Below are positions 1-11,176 of a stretch of DNA of 64,000 nucleotides, in pieces. Within the stretch, counting starts at the first letter, position 1, and every line of letters starts with the position of its first letter. Both the position numbers and the translations under genes were made by a program. The stretch is taken from assembly GCA_050250895.1 (NCBI GenBank), contig JBFWNU010000003.1:160001-224000 (forward strand), written 5' to 3'. The notes under the pieces were generated by a model. That model was not told the DNA's origin and did not search any database. It saw only the letters and a program-made list of their open reading frames with translations. Source of the DNA: Vulcanimicrobiota bacterium (GTDB lineage Bacteria; Vulcanimicrobiota; Xenobia; Xenobiales; JADMJV01).

Positions 1-410
1 TGGCGAGCCTTGTGCGAGCCGGCTACATTGCCGGTTTCGTCCTTGACCCACACTTCGCAGTCGATTTCCTGGCTCAAGCGTTGTTCGTGCACACAAGGTG
101 TGAAGAGAAAGCCGCGGCCGTCGACCCGGGCCACCCTCTCGTCGAGGCGGCGCACCAACTCGACATAGTCGGCGTCGGACATGGCGGTTCGGGCCAATTG
201 GTAGCTGGTGAACAGATGGCGGAAAGCCACGAACGGGTTGGGGTCGTGGTCGTGGGGAAAGTGACCACTGTCGAGCTGGCGCTTGAGCACATGCTCGACA
301 TCGTCGCGGCCGGCCCGCGGACAACGGAAGGGGAGGGGAGCCTCGGGGCTGATTGGGAGCTCGTAGCCACAGCCCACACACACGAACCGGCTCGAGATGG
401 TCGAGATCAT
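1..410 (-). CDS. PLP-dependent fold-type II enzyme (threonine synthase-like), runs off the left edge
   Basis: Not in ORF track. Manual translation from ATG at 410 (ATGA overlap with the upstream stop): [19 protein letters not shown]...[17 protein letters not shown], with N-terminal CxxC and a PLP-lysine motif of the KxExxNxxGSxKxR type. Confidence 0.8.
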   Translation of the reverse strand, partial: MISTISSRFVCVGCGYELPISPEAPLPFRCPRAGRDDVEHVLKRQLDSGHFPHDHDPNPFVAFRHLFTSYQLARTAMSDADYVELVRRLDERVARVDGRGFLFTPCVHEQRLSQEIDCEVWVKDETGNVAGSHKAR

Positions 411-1891
411 GCCAGCGCTCCCGTCTCGGCGTTAAAGGCCTGGATCTGCTCGTCCCAGGCCTCTACCAGCTCGTGCAACCCGCGCCAGAACGCCTGTTTT
501 CGGCGGGCCTCGAAGTCGGCCAGGGCAACACCCTGCTGCTCGACCCAGGTATAGTATCCCAGGTTGAAGATGCGCTTGCGTTGGGGGTGGGTCAGCTCGA
601 GCAGGTGGTCGACCCCCAGCCCGGCCAGGTGCTGGCCATAGACCTCGCCAGCGGCCACCGGGTCAAAGCCGTCGGGGAAGTAGCCAGCCAGGGCTTTGTC
701 ATACTCGGTGGCATACATTTCGTGGGCGTCGGTGGCCACCGTGATGATGGCCTGGGTCTCGTCGAAGTCGAAATAGCGAGCCACTTTGATAGCGCTTGCG
801 ATGTTGCACAACGAGGAGAGCCCGAGCTGACCGAGCCGGTCGACCAGGGTGGGATCGACGCCCCGACGTGTCTTGAGATAGTTGCGCCCCGTCGGGCTGT
901 TGAACAGCAGGTCGAGACAGTCGGTGGTGTGCTCGGAGATGGCCACCACCAGGTCGGTGTTCATGACGTTATGGATGAAGGGAACGTGCTTGTCTCCGAT
1001 GCCCTGGATGTTGTGCTCGCCGAACCCGTTCTCGAGCAGAGTCGGGCATTCGAGCGCTTCGGCAGCCACGATGCGCGTGCCGAAGCGGTCCTTGAGATAG
1101 TCGCCGGCGCCGATGGTGCCGGCCGAACCGGTGGCCGAAACGAAGGCCTCCAGGCTCAACTGCCCGGGCAGGTGGGTGAAGATGGTCTCGAGCGCCCGTC
1201 CGGTGCAGTGGTGATGAACCAGGTAGTTGGCGAACTCGCAGAACTGGTTGAAGATGATGTTGTGGGGGTCGGCCTCGAGTTCGGCACACTTGTCGTAGAT
1301 TTCTTTGACGTTGCTTTCGGTGCCGGGCGTGCGCACGATGTCGTCATCGGCTTTGACCCAGCGGGCCAGCCAGTCGAAGCGCTCGGCGCTCATCCCGGCC
1401 GGTAAAATGGCCACTCCGTGACAATCGAGAATTTTCGAGATGGCCACCCCGCCCCGGCAATAGTTGCCGGTCGAGGGCCACAGGGCTCGATGCTCGCTCG
1501 GGTCGAACTGTCCGGTCACCAGCCGGGGAGCCAGACAGGCATAGGCGGCCAGCACCTTGTGGGCGCGGATCATCGGAAACAGCCACCCCAGTGCCACCAC
1601 GATGGGAGCGCGCACTCCGGTCAGCGACGACGGCAACACCAGGTGGGCCGGCACTTCCACCCGGCCTCGCCGGTCGGGACTGTTGAACCAGTGCACCCGA
1701 AACAGGTTGAGGGGATGGGCCGCGTCGGGGTCGACCTCGTTGAGCTGATGGCTGATGGTCGCCGGAATGGTCTCGGGCCGAGCCAGCTGAGAAAAGGTGG
1801 GCAGAGCCACCCGCGAGCGGCGAAAGTGCTCGATAGCCCGGGCCCGCACCCCGGCATCCACGATATGACTTTCTAGACCAAGACGTGCCAA
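407..1891 (-). CDS. PLP-dependent enzyme, cysteine synthase/Trp synthase beta superfamily
   Basis: AHKV lysine motif, PSTGNY, ATGSAGT phosphate loop, IQGIG; 494 aa. Confidence 0.85.
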   Translation of the reverse strand: MARLGLESHIVDAGVRARAIEHFRRSRVALPTFSQLARPETIPATISHQLNEVDPDAAHPLNLFRVHWFNSPDRRGRVEVPAHLVLPSSLTGVRAPIVVALGWLFPMIRAHKVLAAYACLAPRLVTGQFDPSEHRALWPSTGNYCRGGVAISKILDCHGVAILPAGMSAERFDWLARWVKADDDIVRTPGTESNVKEIYDKCAELEADPHNIIFNQFCEFANYLVHHHCTGRALETIFTHLPGQLSLEAFVSATGSAGTIGAGDYLKDRFGTRIVAAEALECPTLLENGFGEHNIQGIGDKHVPFIHNVMNTDLVVAISEHTTDCLDLLFNSPTGRNYLKTRRGVDPTLVDRLGQLGLSSLCNIASAIKVARYFDFDETQAIITVATDAHEMYATEYDKALAGYFPDGFDPVAAGEVYGQHLAGLGVDHLLELTHPQRKRIFNLGYYTWVEQQGVALADFEARRKQAFWRGLHELVEAWDEQIQAFNAETGALA

Positions 1892-1903
1892 AGTGTTCTC
1901 CTT

Positions 1904-3094
1904 CTAGACCCGCAGGGCCAGCATGGCGTCAAACAGCCGGTCGGCCTGCTGTCTGGCCTCGCACAGAATGGTGGCGTAATCGGCCGCCAGCAGCTGGCCG
2001 TTCTCGACCACCCGCTGGCCGTTCACGCACAGGTGGCGGGCCCGGCCATCCTCCAGGCAGGCGACATCGGCCACCGTGCCCGCTTCAAGGGGGACGAAGG
2101 GAGCCTTGAACAGTTGCTCGAGCAGACGCCAGCCACCGGCCGCCCGGGCCTGGATCTGGGCCGGCTTTTCGCCCAGGTCCTCGAGCAGGGACTCTTCGGC
2201 CGAAAGGTCGGATGGATAGCCATCGGTCCCCAGCGCCACCTGCTGGCTGTAGCCCAGGTGAGAGGCGTAGCCGACCCGATTGCCCTGATTCGAGCGAGGG
2301 TTCTGAATCAGCCAGCAGCCCAGCTCTTCGACCCGGGCCACCTGTTGGGCGGTGAGGTGCACTCCGTGGGCCAGGATCGAACCCGGCGGCAAAGCTCCTA
2401 GCTGCTCGAGGCGCTCGAGGGGGCCGGCATAACCGCGCCGGCGGGCGTCTTCGACGTCGGCGCCGTCTTCGGCCAGGTGCACATGCATGACCGTGTCGTA
2501 GCGGCGGCACAGCTCAGCTGCTTCGACAATGGTCTCGTCCGAGACGGTGAAAGAGGCGTGCAGGCCGACCAACCCCTTGACCAGCGGACGCCGGTTGGTG
2601 GATAGAAAGCGGGCGCACTCGGCCAGCCCTCGGCGGGCTTCCTGGCGTCCGCCGTTGCGTTCGGTGGCCCCAAAGCAGAGTACGGCGCGCATGCCCAACT
2701 CCTGGCAGGCGTCGGCCAACACGTCGAGCGACCCCTCGATGAAGTTGGGCGACTCGTGGTGGTCGATCAAACAGGTGGTGCCTTGCATGAGCGACTCGGC
2801 CACGTAGTAACGGGCCGAAGCTCGCAGGCTGGCCTCATCCAGAGCCCGATCCAGACGCCACCAGAGTCGCTCGAGAATCTGCAAAAAGTTCTGGGCCGGC
2901 GGGTCGGGCTGGGGAATGCCAAAGGGAGCCAGACCGCTATAAATGTGGGTGTGGGCGTTGACCCGGCCCGGCTCGATGGTCAGACCTCGGCAGTCGAGGC
3001 GATGGACCCCGGCGGGCAGACTCAAATCGGGGGCCAGGTTCTTCACCGTGGCCTGGTCGGTGAGCAGGGTGTTAGTGCCAATAAAGGCGAGCAT
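1904..3094 (-). CDS. Metal-dependent amidohydrolase (SsnA/chlorohydrolase-like)
   Basis: NAHTH, DHH, GLHASFT, HVHLAE, AHGVH and LGTDG motifs; directly downstream of xdh. Confidence 0.85.
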   Translation of the reverse strand: MLAFIGTNTLLTDQATVKNLAPDLSLPAGVHRLDCRGLTIEPGRVNAHTHIYSGLAPFGIPQPDPPAQNFLQILERLWWRLDRALDEASLRASARYYVAESLMQGTTCLIDHHESPNFIEGSLDVLADACQELGMRAVLCFGATERNGGRQEARRGLAECARFLSTNRRPLVKGLVGLHASFTVSDETIVEAAELCRRYDTVMHVHLAEDGADVEDARRRGYAGPLERLEQLGALPPGSILAHGVHLTAQQVARVEELGCWLIQNPRSNQGNRVGYASHLGYSQQVALGTDGYPSDLSAEESLLEDLGEKPAQIQARAAGGWRLLEQLFKAPFVPLEAGTVADVACLEDGRARHLCVNGQRVVENGQLLAADYATILCEARQQADRLFDAMLALRV

Positions 3095-5720
3095 CCGTCG
3101 CTCCTTTCGTTCTGATGCGGCCCACCGACATGGCTCGGGAGGCCGGCGAATCTTTCATCGGCAACTGATAGCGGCGCCTGCCATCAAAGGCATAAAGGGC
3201 GTTGGCCACGGAGGCGGCGGTGGGCACCAACCCGATTTCGCCCACTCCTTTGGCGCCAAAGGGGCCTTCGGGCTCGGGCTCTTCCACCAGGATGACCTCG
3301 ACCTCGGGCATGTCCTGGGCCCGCAACACCCCCAGCTCGCGCAGCTTGAAGCTGACCGGCATACCGTTGTGGCAGGGCAGCTCTTCGGTCAGGGCATAGC
3401 CCAGTCCCATGTGGATGGCCCCCTGAATCTGGCCTTCGCACAGGGCCGGGTTGACGGCTCGACCGACGTCGTGAGCGGCCACCATGCGCTCGACCCGACC
3501 CGCTTCATCGAGCACGCACAACTGGCTGGCATAGCCGAACGAGGTGTGGGTCTTGATGTTTGTCCCGCGCGCCCCGAGTGGAGTGGTGTCGTCATAGCAG
3601 ACATCGGCGGCAAACACCTGGCCGGTCAGCTCTTCGAGAGAATGCTCGGCCAGAGCCGCTTTGAGCTTGGCGGCCGCGCTCTCGACCGCTTTGCCCGCAA
3701 AGAGCGTGGCCCGCGAGCCGGTGGTCTGACCGCAGTCAAGAGCATAGCGCGAGTCGACCTTGGGCCGAAAGAGACGGGCCGGCAGGCCGGTCAGGCTGAC
3801 GGCGAACTGGATCAACACGGTCAGCAGCCCCTGGCCCATCTCGGTATAGCCGTTATAGAGCGAGATGGTGCCGTCTTCTTCCACCACCAGGCGGCACTTG
3901 CCCCACTCGGCCACGCCATTGCCGATGCCGGTGTTCTTGAGTCCGCAGGCCAGACCCACCGCCCGGCCTCGTTGGCGATGCCGATAGAAATGGGGCTTGA
4001 TGGCCTCGAGAGTCTTCTTGATGCCCACCGACTTGTCGAGCACCTGGCCGGTCGAGTAGACGTCACCCACCTCGAGGGCGTTGCGCCAGCGCATCTCCCA
4101 GCCATCCAGGCCGACCTTTTCGGCCAGCATGTCGAGACAACTCTCGAGGGCGAAGTGGGCCTGATTGGCCCCAAAGCCTCGCATAGCCCCACAGGGCGGA
4201 TTGTTGGTATGCACGGCCAGAGCCTCGATGTCGACATGGTCGACCCGGTAAGGACCGCAGGCGTGGCCGGCCGCCCGCTCGAGCACCTTGGCTCCCACCG
4301 AGGCATAGGCGCCGGTGTCGCCCAGCATGCGGGCCCGCACGGCCGTCAGACGACCCTGCTCGTCACATCCGACCTCGTAGTCCATCTGGATCGGATGGCG
4401 CTTGGGGTGCATTCGGACCGACTCTTCCCGGCTCAGGGTCACGCGGGCCGGCCGGCCGGTGAGCCGGGCCAGCAAGGCCGCGTGGGCCTGGATGGTCATA
4501 TCTTCTTTGCCACCGAAGGCGCCTCCGTTAGGCACTAGCTCGACCTCTACCTGGTCCACCTCAAGGCCGAGGAAGGCGGCCACCTGGCGGCGGTCGTCAA
4601 AGACTCCCTGCCCCTGGGTATAGAGATGGATCCCGCTTTCGGTGGGCACGGCCAGGGCCGACTCGGGCTCGAGAAAAAGATGCTCGATGCGCTGCGTGGT
4701 GAAGGTCTCGCGCACCACGTAGGCGCTCTGGCTCAGGGCGCTTTCGGCCTGGCCCCGCCGGATGGTCGAGTGGGACAGCAGGTTGGGGCTGTCGCGATTG
4801 ACCCGAGGGGCGTCCGGCGCCAGGGACTGGCGAGGGTCGAGCACCGGCTCGAGGGGCTCATACTCGACCTCGACCAGTTCGGCCGCCCGGCGAGCGGTGG
4901 CCTCGTCTTCTGCTCCTACCACGGCCACCACGTCGCCCACGCAGTTGACTACTTCGCCCGCCGCCACCAGGCCCGGCCAGTCTGGATGAAGCAGCCCGTA
5001 AAAGCGGTCTCCGGGCACGTCGGCGGCCGTCAGAACGCACACTACGCCGGGCTGGGCCAGGGCCTGCTCGGTGTGGACGGAACGAACCCGGGCTCGGGGG
5101 TGGGGGGAGAGGAGAACCACCCCCGAGACCAGGTTGTCAAACTTGAGGTCGCTGACGTAGGCTCGCTGGCCCAGCACCGTCTCGGCGCCTTGATAGCGCG
5201 CCAGCGATTGGCCGACTCCACCCTGTTTCAGGGGGCGGGGCACGGTTTCGCCCCGGCGGGCCCGGGCTACCATCTCGATAGCGTCGATGATCTTGACATA
5301 GCCGGTGCAGCGGCAGAGGTGGGCGTCGATGGCTTTGGCGATCTCGGCTCGGGTCGGGTCGGGATTGTTTTTGAGCAAGAAGCTGGCCCGCAGGGCCAGC
5401 CCGGGAATGCAAAACCCGCACTGCAGGCCGGCGGCGGATACGAAAGCCTGGGCGATCTCTTCTCGTTCCTCGTCGGCCAGACCCTCGAGGGTGACGATCT
5501 CCTTGCCCTCGACCCGGTCGGCAGGCATGGCGCAGGTCACCTTGGCCTGGCCGTCGATGAGGGCCAGGCAACAGCCGCACTGGCCCTGCGGCTTGCACCC
5601 GTCCTTGGTGGAGCGGATGCCGCACCGATTGCGCAACAGGTCGAGCAGGCTCTCGCCAGGCTCGACCTGGTGGCACTGGGGCTGACCGTTGAGGCGAAAG
5701 CGAACTTCCATCGATGCCAT
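3072..5720 (-). CDS. xdh: Xanthine dehydrogenase-family molybdenum hydroxylase, [2Fe-2S] domain fused to Mo-binding domain (selenium-dependent Xdh type)
   Basis: KDGCxxQGQCGCC, [36 protein letters not shown] motifs; probable true start ATG at 5711. Confidence 0.9.
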   Translation of the reverse strand: MASMEVRFRLNGQPQCHQVEPGESLLDLLRNRCGIRSTKDGCKPQGQCGCCLALIDGQAKVTCAMPADRVEGKEIVTLEGLADEEREEIAQAFVSAAGLQCGFCIPGLALRASFLLKNNPDPTRAEIAKAIDAHLCRCTGYVKIIDAIEMVARARRGETVPRPLKQGGVGQSLARYQGAETVLGQRAYVSDLKFDNLVSGVVLLSPHPRARVRSVHTEQALAQPGVVCVLTAADVPGDRFYGLLHPDWPGLVAAGEVVNCVGDVVAVVGAEDEATARRAAELVEVEYEPLEPVLDPRQSLAPDAPRVNRDSPNLLSHSTIRRGQAESALSQSAYVVRETFTTQRIEHLFLEPESALAVPTESGIHLYTQGQGVFDDRRQVAAFLGLEVDQVEVELVPNGGAFGGKEDMTIQAHAALLARLTGRPARVTLSREESVRMHPKRHPIQMDYEVGCDEQGRLTAVRARMLGDTGAYASVGAKVLERAAGHACGPYRVDHVDIEALAVHTNNPPCGAMRGFGANQAHFALESCLDMLAEKVGLDGWEMRWRNALEVGDVYSTGQVLDKSVGIKKTLEAIKPHFYRHRQRGRAVGLACGLKNTGIGNGVAEWGKCRLVVEEDGTISLYNGYTEMGQGLLTVLIQFAVSLTGLPARLFRPKVDSRYALDCGQTTGSRATLFAGKAVESAAAKLKAALAEHSLEELTGQVFAADVCYDDTTPLGARGTNIKTHTSFGYASQLCVLDEAGRVERMVAAHDVGRAVNPALCEGQIQGAIHMGLGYALTEELPCHNGMPVSFKLRELGVLRAQDMPEVEVILVEEPEPEGPFGAKGVGEIGLVPTAASVANALYAFDGRRRYQLPMKDSPASRAMSVGRIRTKGATDARLYWH

Positions 5721-5747
5721 TCTGCCAGTTGGAAGGGGAGTGGAAAA

Positions 5748-5759
5748 TGACCTGGGTCA
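5748..5759. promoter_or_regulatory. TGACC-N2-GGTCA palindrome, CRP/FNR-like class II activator site of the xdh promoter
   Basis: TGACCTGGGTCA lies 23 nt upstream of a TG-N-CAGAAT -10 (5719-5724, minus strand); same geometry as 8255-8266. Confidence 0.6.
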
Positions 5760-8219
5760 GTCCACCAGCAAGGGCTCGAGATGCCAGATGTCCCGGCTAT
5801 ATTCGCCGATGGTGCGGTCCGACGAAAAGAATCCGCAACTGGCCACATTGAGAATCGACTTACGGGTCCAATCCTCGACCTGGCAAAAGTGACGGTCGAC
5901 CTGATCCTGGACTTCGACATAGCTGCGATAGTCGGCCAGCACCAGATACTCGTCGTGATGCAGCAACGAATCGACCAGTTCGCCAAAGTGGTGGCCGAAG
6001 TCGCCGCGGGCGATGGAGTCGATGGCTCGGGCCAGTTCTCCGTCGCTGCTATAGTAGTGGCCCGGGTTATAGCCGGAGGCTTTGAGGGCAAAGACTTCTT
6101 CGGTGGTCAGACCAAACAGGAAGAAGTTCTCTTCCCCCACCAGGTCACGGATTTCGACGTTGGCCCCATCCAGGGTCCCCACCGTCAGGGCCCCATTGAG
6201 GGCCAGTTTCATGTTGCCGGTGCCGGAGGCTTCCTTGCCGGCCAGCGAGATCTGCTCGGAGAGGTCGGCGGCGGGATAGATGACCTCGCCCAGGCTGACG
6301 TTGAAGTTGGGCAGAAAGGCCACCCGCAAAGAGGGGGTCTCATTGACCACCTCGGCCACCGAGTTGATGAGCTTGATAATCAGCTTGGCCATCCGATAGC
6401 CGGGGGCGGCTTTGGCTCCGAAGATGAAGGTGCGGGGCACGGTTTCGGCCTCGGGGTCGTCGAGCCAGCGCTGATAGAGGGTGATGATGTGCAGCACCTT
6501 GAGCACCTGGCGCTTGTATTCGTGGAGCCGCTTGACCATGACGTCGAACATCGACTCGGGGTCGACCTCAAGACCCAGCTGTAGCCCGATGTGGTCGGTG
6601 AGACGTCTCTTGTTGGCCATCTTGACGGCTCGCCAGGCCTTGCGAAAAGTGGCTTTGCCGGCCAGCTTCTTCAAGCCTTCGAGGCGATCGAGGTGGTTGA
6701 GCCAATCCTCACCCAGGTGGCTGGTCAACAGCTCGGACAGTGCAGGGTTGGACAGGCGCATAAAGCGCCTAGGCGAGACTCCGTTGGTCTTGTTGTTGAA
6801 CTTCTCGGGCCACATTTCGGCAAAGTCGTTGAGCACCCGTTCGGCCAGCAAGCGCGACTGGAGTTCGGCCACTCCGTTGACCGAGAAACTGCCCACGCAG
6901 GCCAGATAGGCCATGCGCACCAGCTTGTCAGGACCTTCCTCGATGAGCGACATTCTGGCCTGGCGGGCGTGGTCGCCAGGATAGCGCCGCGCCACCTCCT
7001 GCAGAAAGCGATGGTTGATCTCGTAGATGATCTCGAGATGCCTGGGCAAGACGTTCTCGAGTAGCCGCACCGGCCAGCGTTCGAGAGCCTCGGGCAGCAG
7101 GGTGTGTTGGGTCGAGGCGAAGGTGCGGGTGGTGATACTCCAGGCCTGGTCCCACTCGAGGCCGTGCTCGTCGACTAAAAGCCGCATCAGCTCGGGAATG
7201 GCCATGACGGGATGGGTGTCGTTGAGCTGAACCACGGCCTTCTCGGGCAGCTGCTCGAGACCGTCGTTACAGGTCAAGAAGATGCGCAGCATGTCGGCCA
7301 GCGAACAGGCCACGAAGAAATACTGCTGGCGCAGGCGCAGTTCGCGTCCCTGGGGAGTGTTGTCGTTGGGATAGAGCACTTTGCTGATGGTCTCGGACTC
7401 GACCTTTTGGGCCACGGCCCGGTGGAAGTCGCCCTCGTCGAAGACCTGAAAGTTGAACTCGTGCGAAGCCCGGGCCCGCCATAAACGCAGCAGGTTGACC
7501 ACCGGGCTCTGATAGCCGGGCACCAGCATGTGATACGGCTCGCCCAGCACCGTCTGCTCGGGTACCCAGCGCCGTCGCTGTTTTCCCTGCTCGTCGAGGT
7601 AGCTCTCGGTGTAGCCGCCGAAGTTGACGGTCACGATGTCGTCGGGCTGGGGAAATTCCCAGGGGTTGCCCAGAAACAGCCAGTCGTCGGGGCGCTCGAA
7701 CTGCCAGCCGTCGCGAAAGAGTTGCTCGAAGATGCCGAATTCGTAGCGGATGCCGTAGGCCACACAGGGCAATCCCAGGGTGGCCAGCGAGTCGAGAAAG
7801 CAGGCAGCCAGGCGTCCCAGGCCGCCGTTGCCCAGGCCTGGCTCGCGGTCTTTGGCCAGTAGAGCCTCGGGATCGTGGCCAAACTCGCGCATCGCCTGGG
7901 CGGCGGTCTCGGTCAACCCGGTGTAGAGCAGGTTCTGGCGCAACTGCTCGCCCAACAGGTATTCGGCCGAAAGGTAGTAGACCGTGCGGGGGTTCTTCTC
8001 GAAGTAGGCTTTCTCGGTCTTTTGCCAGCGGCGCACCAGCTGGTCGCGCACCGTGTAGCAAAGAGTCATGAAGCGGTCGATGTCGGTGGCCGTGTAGACC
8101 GGCTGGCCTCGCGTGTAATACAGGTTGTCGGCCAGCGCCTGCTGGAAGTCGGCTACCGATTCGATATCCCGCCGGCGCACGGTCGGGCTGCCGGTGGCTT
8201 CATGCAAATGAGGTTTCAT
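5757..8219 (-). CDS. glgP: Glycogen/starch phosphorylase
   Basis: [39 protein letters not shown] (PLP lysine); 820 aa. Confidence 0.97.
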   Translation of the reverse strand: MKPHLHEATGSPTVRRRDIESVADFQQALADNLYYTRGQPVYTATDIDRFMTLCYTVRDQLVRRWQKTEKAYFEKNPRTVYYLSAEYLLGEQLRQNLLYTGLTETAAQAMREFGHDPEALLAKDREPGLGNGGLGRLAACFLDSLATLGLPCVAYGIRYEFGIFEQLFRDGWQFERPDDWLFLGNPWEFPQPDDIVTVNFGGYTESYLDEQGKQRRRWVPEQTVLGEPYHMLVPGYQSPVVNLLRLWRARASHEFNFQVFDEGDFHRAVAQKVESETISKVLYPNDNTPQGRELRLRQQYFFVACSLADMLRIFLTCNDGLEQLPEKAVVQLNDTHPVMAIPELMRLLVDEHGLEWDQAWSITTRTFASTQHTLLPEALERWPVRLLENVLPRHLEIIYEINHRFLQEVARRYPGDHARQARMSLIEEGPDKLVRMAYLACVGSFSVNGVAELQSRLLAERVLNDFAEMWPEKFNNKTNGVSPRRFMRLSNPALSELLTSHLGEDWLNHLDRLEGLKKLAGKATFRKAWRAVKMANKRRLTDHIGLQLGLEVDPESMFDVMVKRLHEYKRQVLKVLHIITLYQRWLDDPEAETVPRTFIFGAKAAPGYRMAKLIIKLINSVAEVVNETPSLRVAFLPNFNVSLGEVIYPAADLSEQISLAGKEASGTGNMKLALNGALTVGTLDGANVEIRDLVGEENFFLFGLTTEEVFALKASGYNPGHYYSSDGELARAIDSIARGDFGHHFGELVDSLLHHDEYLVLADYRSYVEVQDQVDRHFCQVEDWTRKSILNVASCGFFSSDRTIGEYSRDIWHLEPLLVD

Positions 8220-8254
8220 CGCTCAACCATAGCCCAGATGGCGCGCCCTGGAAA

Positions 8255-8266
8255 TGACCTCGGTCA
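8255..8266. promoter_or_regulatory. TGACC-N2-GGTCA palindrome, CRP/FNR-like class II activator site of the glgP promoter
   Basis: TGACCTCGGTCA lies 23 nt upstream of -10 TATGGT (8226-8231, minus strand). Confidence 0.6.
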
Positions 8267-8305
8267 GGGCCCAGGGATCTGTCCTTCGGTGCAAAATCAG
8301 GCCAG

Positions 8306-8728
8306 ATGGACCTGACCCAATGGCGTGACCAGCTCACGCCCTGCCTCACCGGCGTGCTGGCCGAACTGCCCGTATCACCTGACGAGATCGCGATGCTGGT
8401 GCTCGACCTTCATCCCTGGGAGGGGCATCTCGAACTCTGCTTGCTGACCCGTGACGAGGCCCGCCAGGACCCGGCTCTGCGCTCGGTGGAGGAGTCGGCC
8501 GCCTGGCAGCACTTCGCCTTTAGCGAAGAACTCGTCAGTTGGGCGCCGACGGCGGCTCTGGCGGCGCGGATGCGGGCCGACTATGAACAAGCCGGACAAA
8601 AGGCGGTCGTGGGCCGGGCCTATTTCGAGGCTTGCGCCGAGGCGATGGCCCAGGCCTACGCTGGACTCAAGTTTCCGATCCTCCTCAGCCACCCCGACGA
8701 CGGCGAGGTCTTCTTCCGCTCGCCCTGA
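8306..8728 (+). CDS. Hypothetical protein
   Basis: 140-aa ORF filling the gap between glgP and the DUF711 gene; normal codon usage. Confidence 0.7.
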   Translation: MDLTQWRDQLTPCLTGVLAELPVSPDEIAMLVLDLHPWEGHLELCLLTRDEARQDPALRSVEESAAWQHFAFSEELVSWAPTAALAARMRADYEQAGQKAVVGRAYFEACAEAMAQAYAGLKFPILLSHPDDGEVFFRSP

Positions 8729-8730
8729 AA

Positions 8731-10092
8731 CTAGTTCGTCAGGCTCTGGATGGGGGCGGGGATGCGTCCGCCGCGGCGCACGAAGTTGGCAGCCGAGAAT
8801 TTATGCACAGCCATGATCGGGGCAGCCCCCAACAGGCCTCCGAAATCGACCCACTCGCCGGCTTTCTTGCCCGGCACGGGAATCAGGCGGACGGCGGTGG
8901 TTTTGCCGTTGATCATGCCGATGGCCATCTCGTCGGCCATGATGGCCGTGAGCGTCTCGGGAGGCGTGTCGCCGGGCACGGCCACCATATCGAGCCCCAC
9001 CGAGCAAACGGCGGTCATGGCCTCGAGTTTGTCCAGCCCCAGCGCTCCCATCTCGACTGAACGGGCCATCTCGCTGTCTTCGCTGACGGGAATGAAGGCG
9101 CCCGACAAGCCACCCACCCGCGACGAGGCCATGGCCCCGCCCCGCTTGACCGCGTCGTTGAGCAGGGCCAAAGCGGCCGTGGTTCCGTGGGTGCCGCATT
9201 TCTCGAGGCCCATCGATTCGAGCACCTCGGCCACCGAGTCGCCCCGGGTCGGCGTGGGAGCCAGCGACAGGTCGACAATGCCGAACGGCACGCCCAGCCG
9301 GCGCGACACCTCGCGACCGGCCAGTTCTCCCATGCGGGTAATCTTGAAGGCCGTCTGCTTGATAGCCTCGGCCAGGTCTTGCAAGGGGGCGTCGGGCATC
9401 CTGTCGACCACGGCTTTCACCACACCCGGGCCGCTCACACCCACGTGAATCTCGACATCGGGCTCGCCGGTGCCGTGCATGGCCCCGGCAATGAACGGGT
9501 TGTCTTCAGGCTGGTTGCAGAAGACCACCAGCCGGCCACAGTTGATGCCGCCCTTTTGAGGGCTGCGGTGGGCGGTGTCATAGACTACCCGCCCCATCAA
9601 CAATAGGGCCTCGAGATTGATGCCGGCCTTGGTCGAGGCCACCGAGATGGAGGAGCAGACCCGCTCGGTGCGGTCGAGGGCCTCGGGCAGGCTGCGCAGC
9701 AGCACCCGGTCGGCGGGGGTGATGCCTTTGTGGACCGGGGCCGAAAAGCCACCCAGGTAGTCGATGCCTAACTCGGCCGCGGTGCGGTCCAGAGCCATGG
9801 CCAACGGCACGTAGCTGTCGGCTCCCGAAGCGGCCGCCACCATGCTGATGGGAGTCACCGACAGCCGCTTGTTGACGATGGGGATGCCGAAGTCTTGCGA
9901 GACGGCCTGAGCGGTCTCGACCAGCTTCTCGCCCGAGCGCAAGAGCTTGCGCACCACTTTCGCACAGGTCTTCTGAATGTCGTCAGAAGCGCAGTCGAGG
10001 AGGTTGACCCCCATGGTAACGGTGCGAATGTCGAGATGAAGCTCTTCGATCATCTCGAGGGTTTCCATGACCTCGCGGGCGGACAGATACAT
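8731..10092 (-). CDS. DUF711/UPF0210 (PFL-like) family protein
   Basis: [68 protein letters not shown]. Confidence 0.93.
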   Translation of the reverse strand: MYLSAREVMETLEMIEELHLDIRTVTMGVNLLDCASDDIQKTCAKVVRKLLRSGEKLVETAQAVSQDFGIPIVNKRLSVTPISMVAAASGADSYVPLAMALDRTAAELGIDYLGGFSAPVHKGITPADRVLLRSLPEALDRTERVCSSISVASTKAGINLEALLLMGRVVYDTAHRSPQKGGINCGRLVVFCNQPEDNPFIAGAMHGTGEPDVEIHVGVSGPGVVKAVVDRMPDAPLQDLAEAIKQTAFKITRMGELAGREVSRRLGVPFGIVDLSLAPTPTRGDSVAEVLESMGLEKCGTHGTTAALALLNDAVKRGGAMASSRVGGLSGAFIPVSEDSEMARSVEMGALGLDKLEAMTAVCSVGLDMVAVPGDTPPETLTAIMADEMAIGMINGKTTAVRLIPVPGKKAGEWVDFGGLLGAAPIMAVHKFSAANFVRRGGRIPAPIQSLTN

Positions 10093-10218
10093 GGCCGGCC
10101 GGTTCGAGTTGGGGGCGAAAGGGTCCTGCGGCCGGTTGGCCCTCGGTCCGACGAGCTGGAGGCTGCTCGGGGTCGGGGCAGCGAAGGCCGCTGGCGCGGC
10201 CTTCGGGGGGGGTGAGCC

Positions 10219-10632
10219 TTAGCGAGCCTTCTTGAGGGCAGCTTCGGTTCGTTGCACCAGTTGCTCGACGGTCATGGAGCCGACCTGCTCGTCGATCGGC
10301 TTACCCTGGCTGTCGAGCCAGACCGTGAAGGGGATGTACTCCGAGGTCGCGGCTTTGGCGTATTTCTTCTGCTCGGGAGTGTCCTTGTCGTCGATGTTGA
10401 TCGACACGAGATTGACTTTCTTCTTGTATTTTGACTCAAACTGAGCCATGGCAGGTTCCATCTGCACGCACGCCCCTCACCAGGGCGCGCCGAAATGGAC
10501 TACCGTAACTTTGGCACCTTTGGCCGTGGAACTGTGGGTCTTCATTTTCTCTTTGCTGGCGCCGGGCGCGGCCATCAGGCCGAGCCCCAGGCATACCAGA
10601 GCGAGCAGAAGACTGAGCTTTTGCTTGTGCAT
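10219..10632 (-). CDS. Exported thioredoxin-fold selenoprotein (WUGAC), 137 aa
   Basis: RBS AGAAAGGAG, then ATG at 10632; signal peptide; VVHFGAPW-TGA(10477-10479)-GAC continues in frame into the tracked ORF 10219-10467. Confidence 0.85.
10442..10476 (-). promoter_or_regulatory. Candidate bacterial SECIS element
   Basis: Directly 3' of the UGA: GCAG-AUGGAAC-CUGC apical hairpin with extended lower pairing (CGUG/CAUG, GGGC/GCUC). Confidence 0.55.
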
Positions 10633-10751
10633 AGCTGCTCCTTTCTGGGCGTTTCATCGCCGCGAGGCACAACTACGTGGTCGGCCCGGAAGTTCCCCGT
10701 GGGAACCCCAGCCGCGGCGAAACTCGCCCAACCGGCAGTCCACGCGCCGGC

Positions 10752-10780
10752 TTGACATTGTACTGCTGTACTGGTACAAT
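10752..10780 (+). promoter_or_regulatory. Sigma70-type promoter with overlapping GntR operator
   Basis: TTGACA-17 nt-TACAAT; inverted repeat ATTGTAC-N10-GTACAAT (10757-10780); ATG 8 nt after the -10. Confidence 0.85.
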
Positions 10781-10788
10781 TTGCCTAT

Positions 10789-11175
10789 ATGAAACTCGGA
10801 TTTCATGTCGACAGGTCCCTGGCAACACCTCTCCACGTTCAGCTGTCCGAGCAGATTCATCTCCAGATTCACAGTGGACAGTTGCCCCCAGGGCAACGCC
10901 TCCCGACCGTGCGCAGTCTGGCCATCGAACTGGGGCTGAACGCCAACACCGTAGCCAGGGTCTATCGCGAACTACAAGACCGAGGCTTTCTCGAGCTCGA
11001 GCGAGGCGTCGGCACCTTCGTGGCCCGCGAGCCACCCGAGTCCCCCCTGGGACGGACCGACGTAAAGCGTATCCGTTCCAAAGCCAGTCAACTGATCACC
11101 CTCAGCCGTGGTGCGGGTTTGAGCTTTGCCGAACTCACCCAGCTGATCGAGAATCTCTGGAAGGAGATGGAATGA
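10789..11175 (+). CDS. GntR family regulator (YtrA subfamily)
   Basis: LPPGQRLPTVRSLAIELGLNANTVARVYREL...GVGTFV; short C-terminal domain. Confidence 0.93.
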   Translation: MKLGFHVDRSLATPLHVQLSEQIHLQIHSGQLPPGQRLPTVRSLAIELGLNANTVARVYRELQDRGFLELERGVGTFVAREPPESPLGRTDVKRIRSKASQLITLSRGAGLSFAELTQLIENLWKEME

Positions 11176-11176
11176 T

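Noticed and set aside
12-554. Plus-strand ORFs over the first 6 kb (12-554, 353-1405, 2943-4538, 4626-5750)
   Set aside because: Antisense shadows of well-supported minus-strand genes, typical of high-GC DNA
10219-10467. 82-aa ORF as a complete gene, or thioredoxin pseudogene
   Set aside because: RBS, signal peptide and intact frame upstream of a TGA at the catalytic Cys position favour Sec read-through
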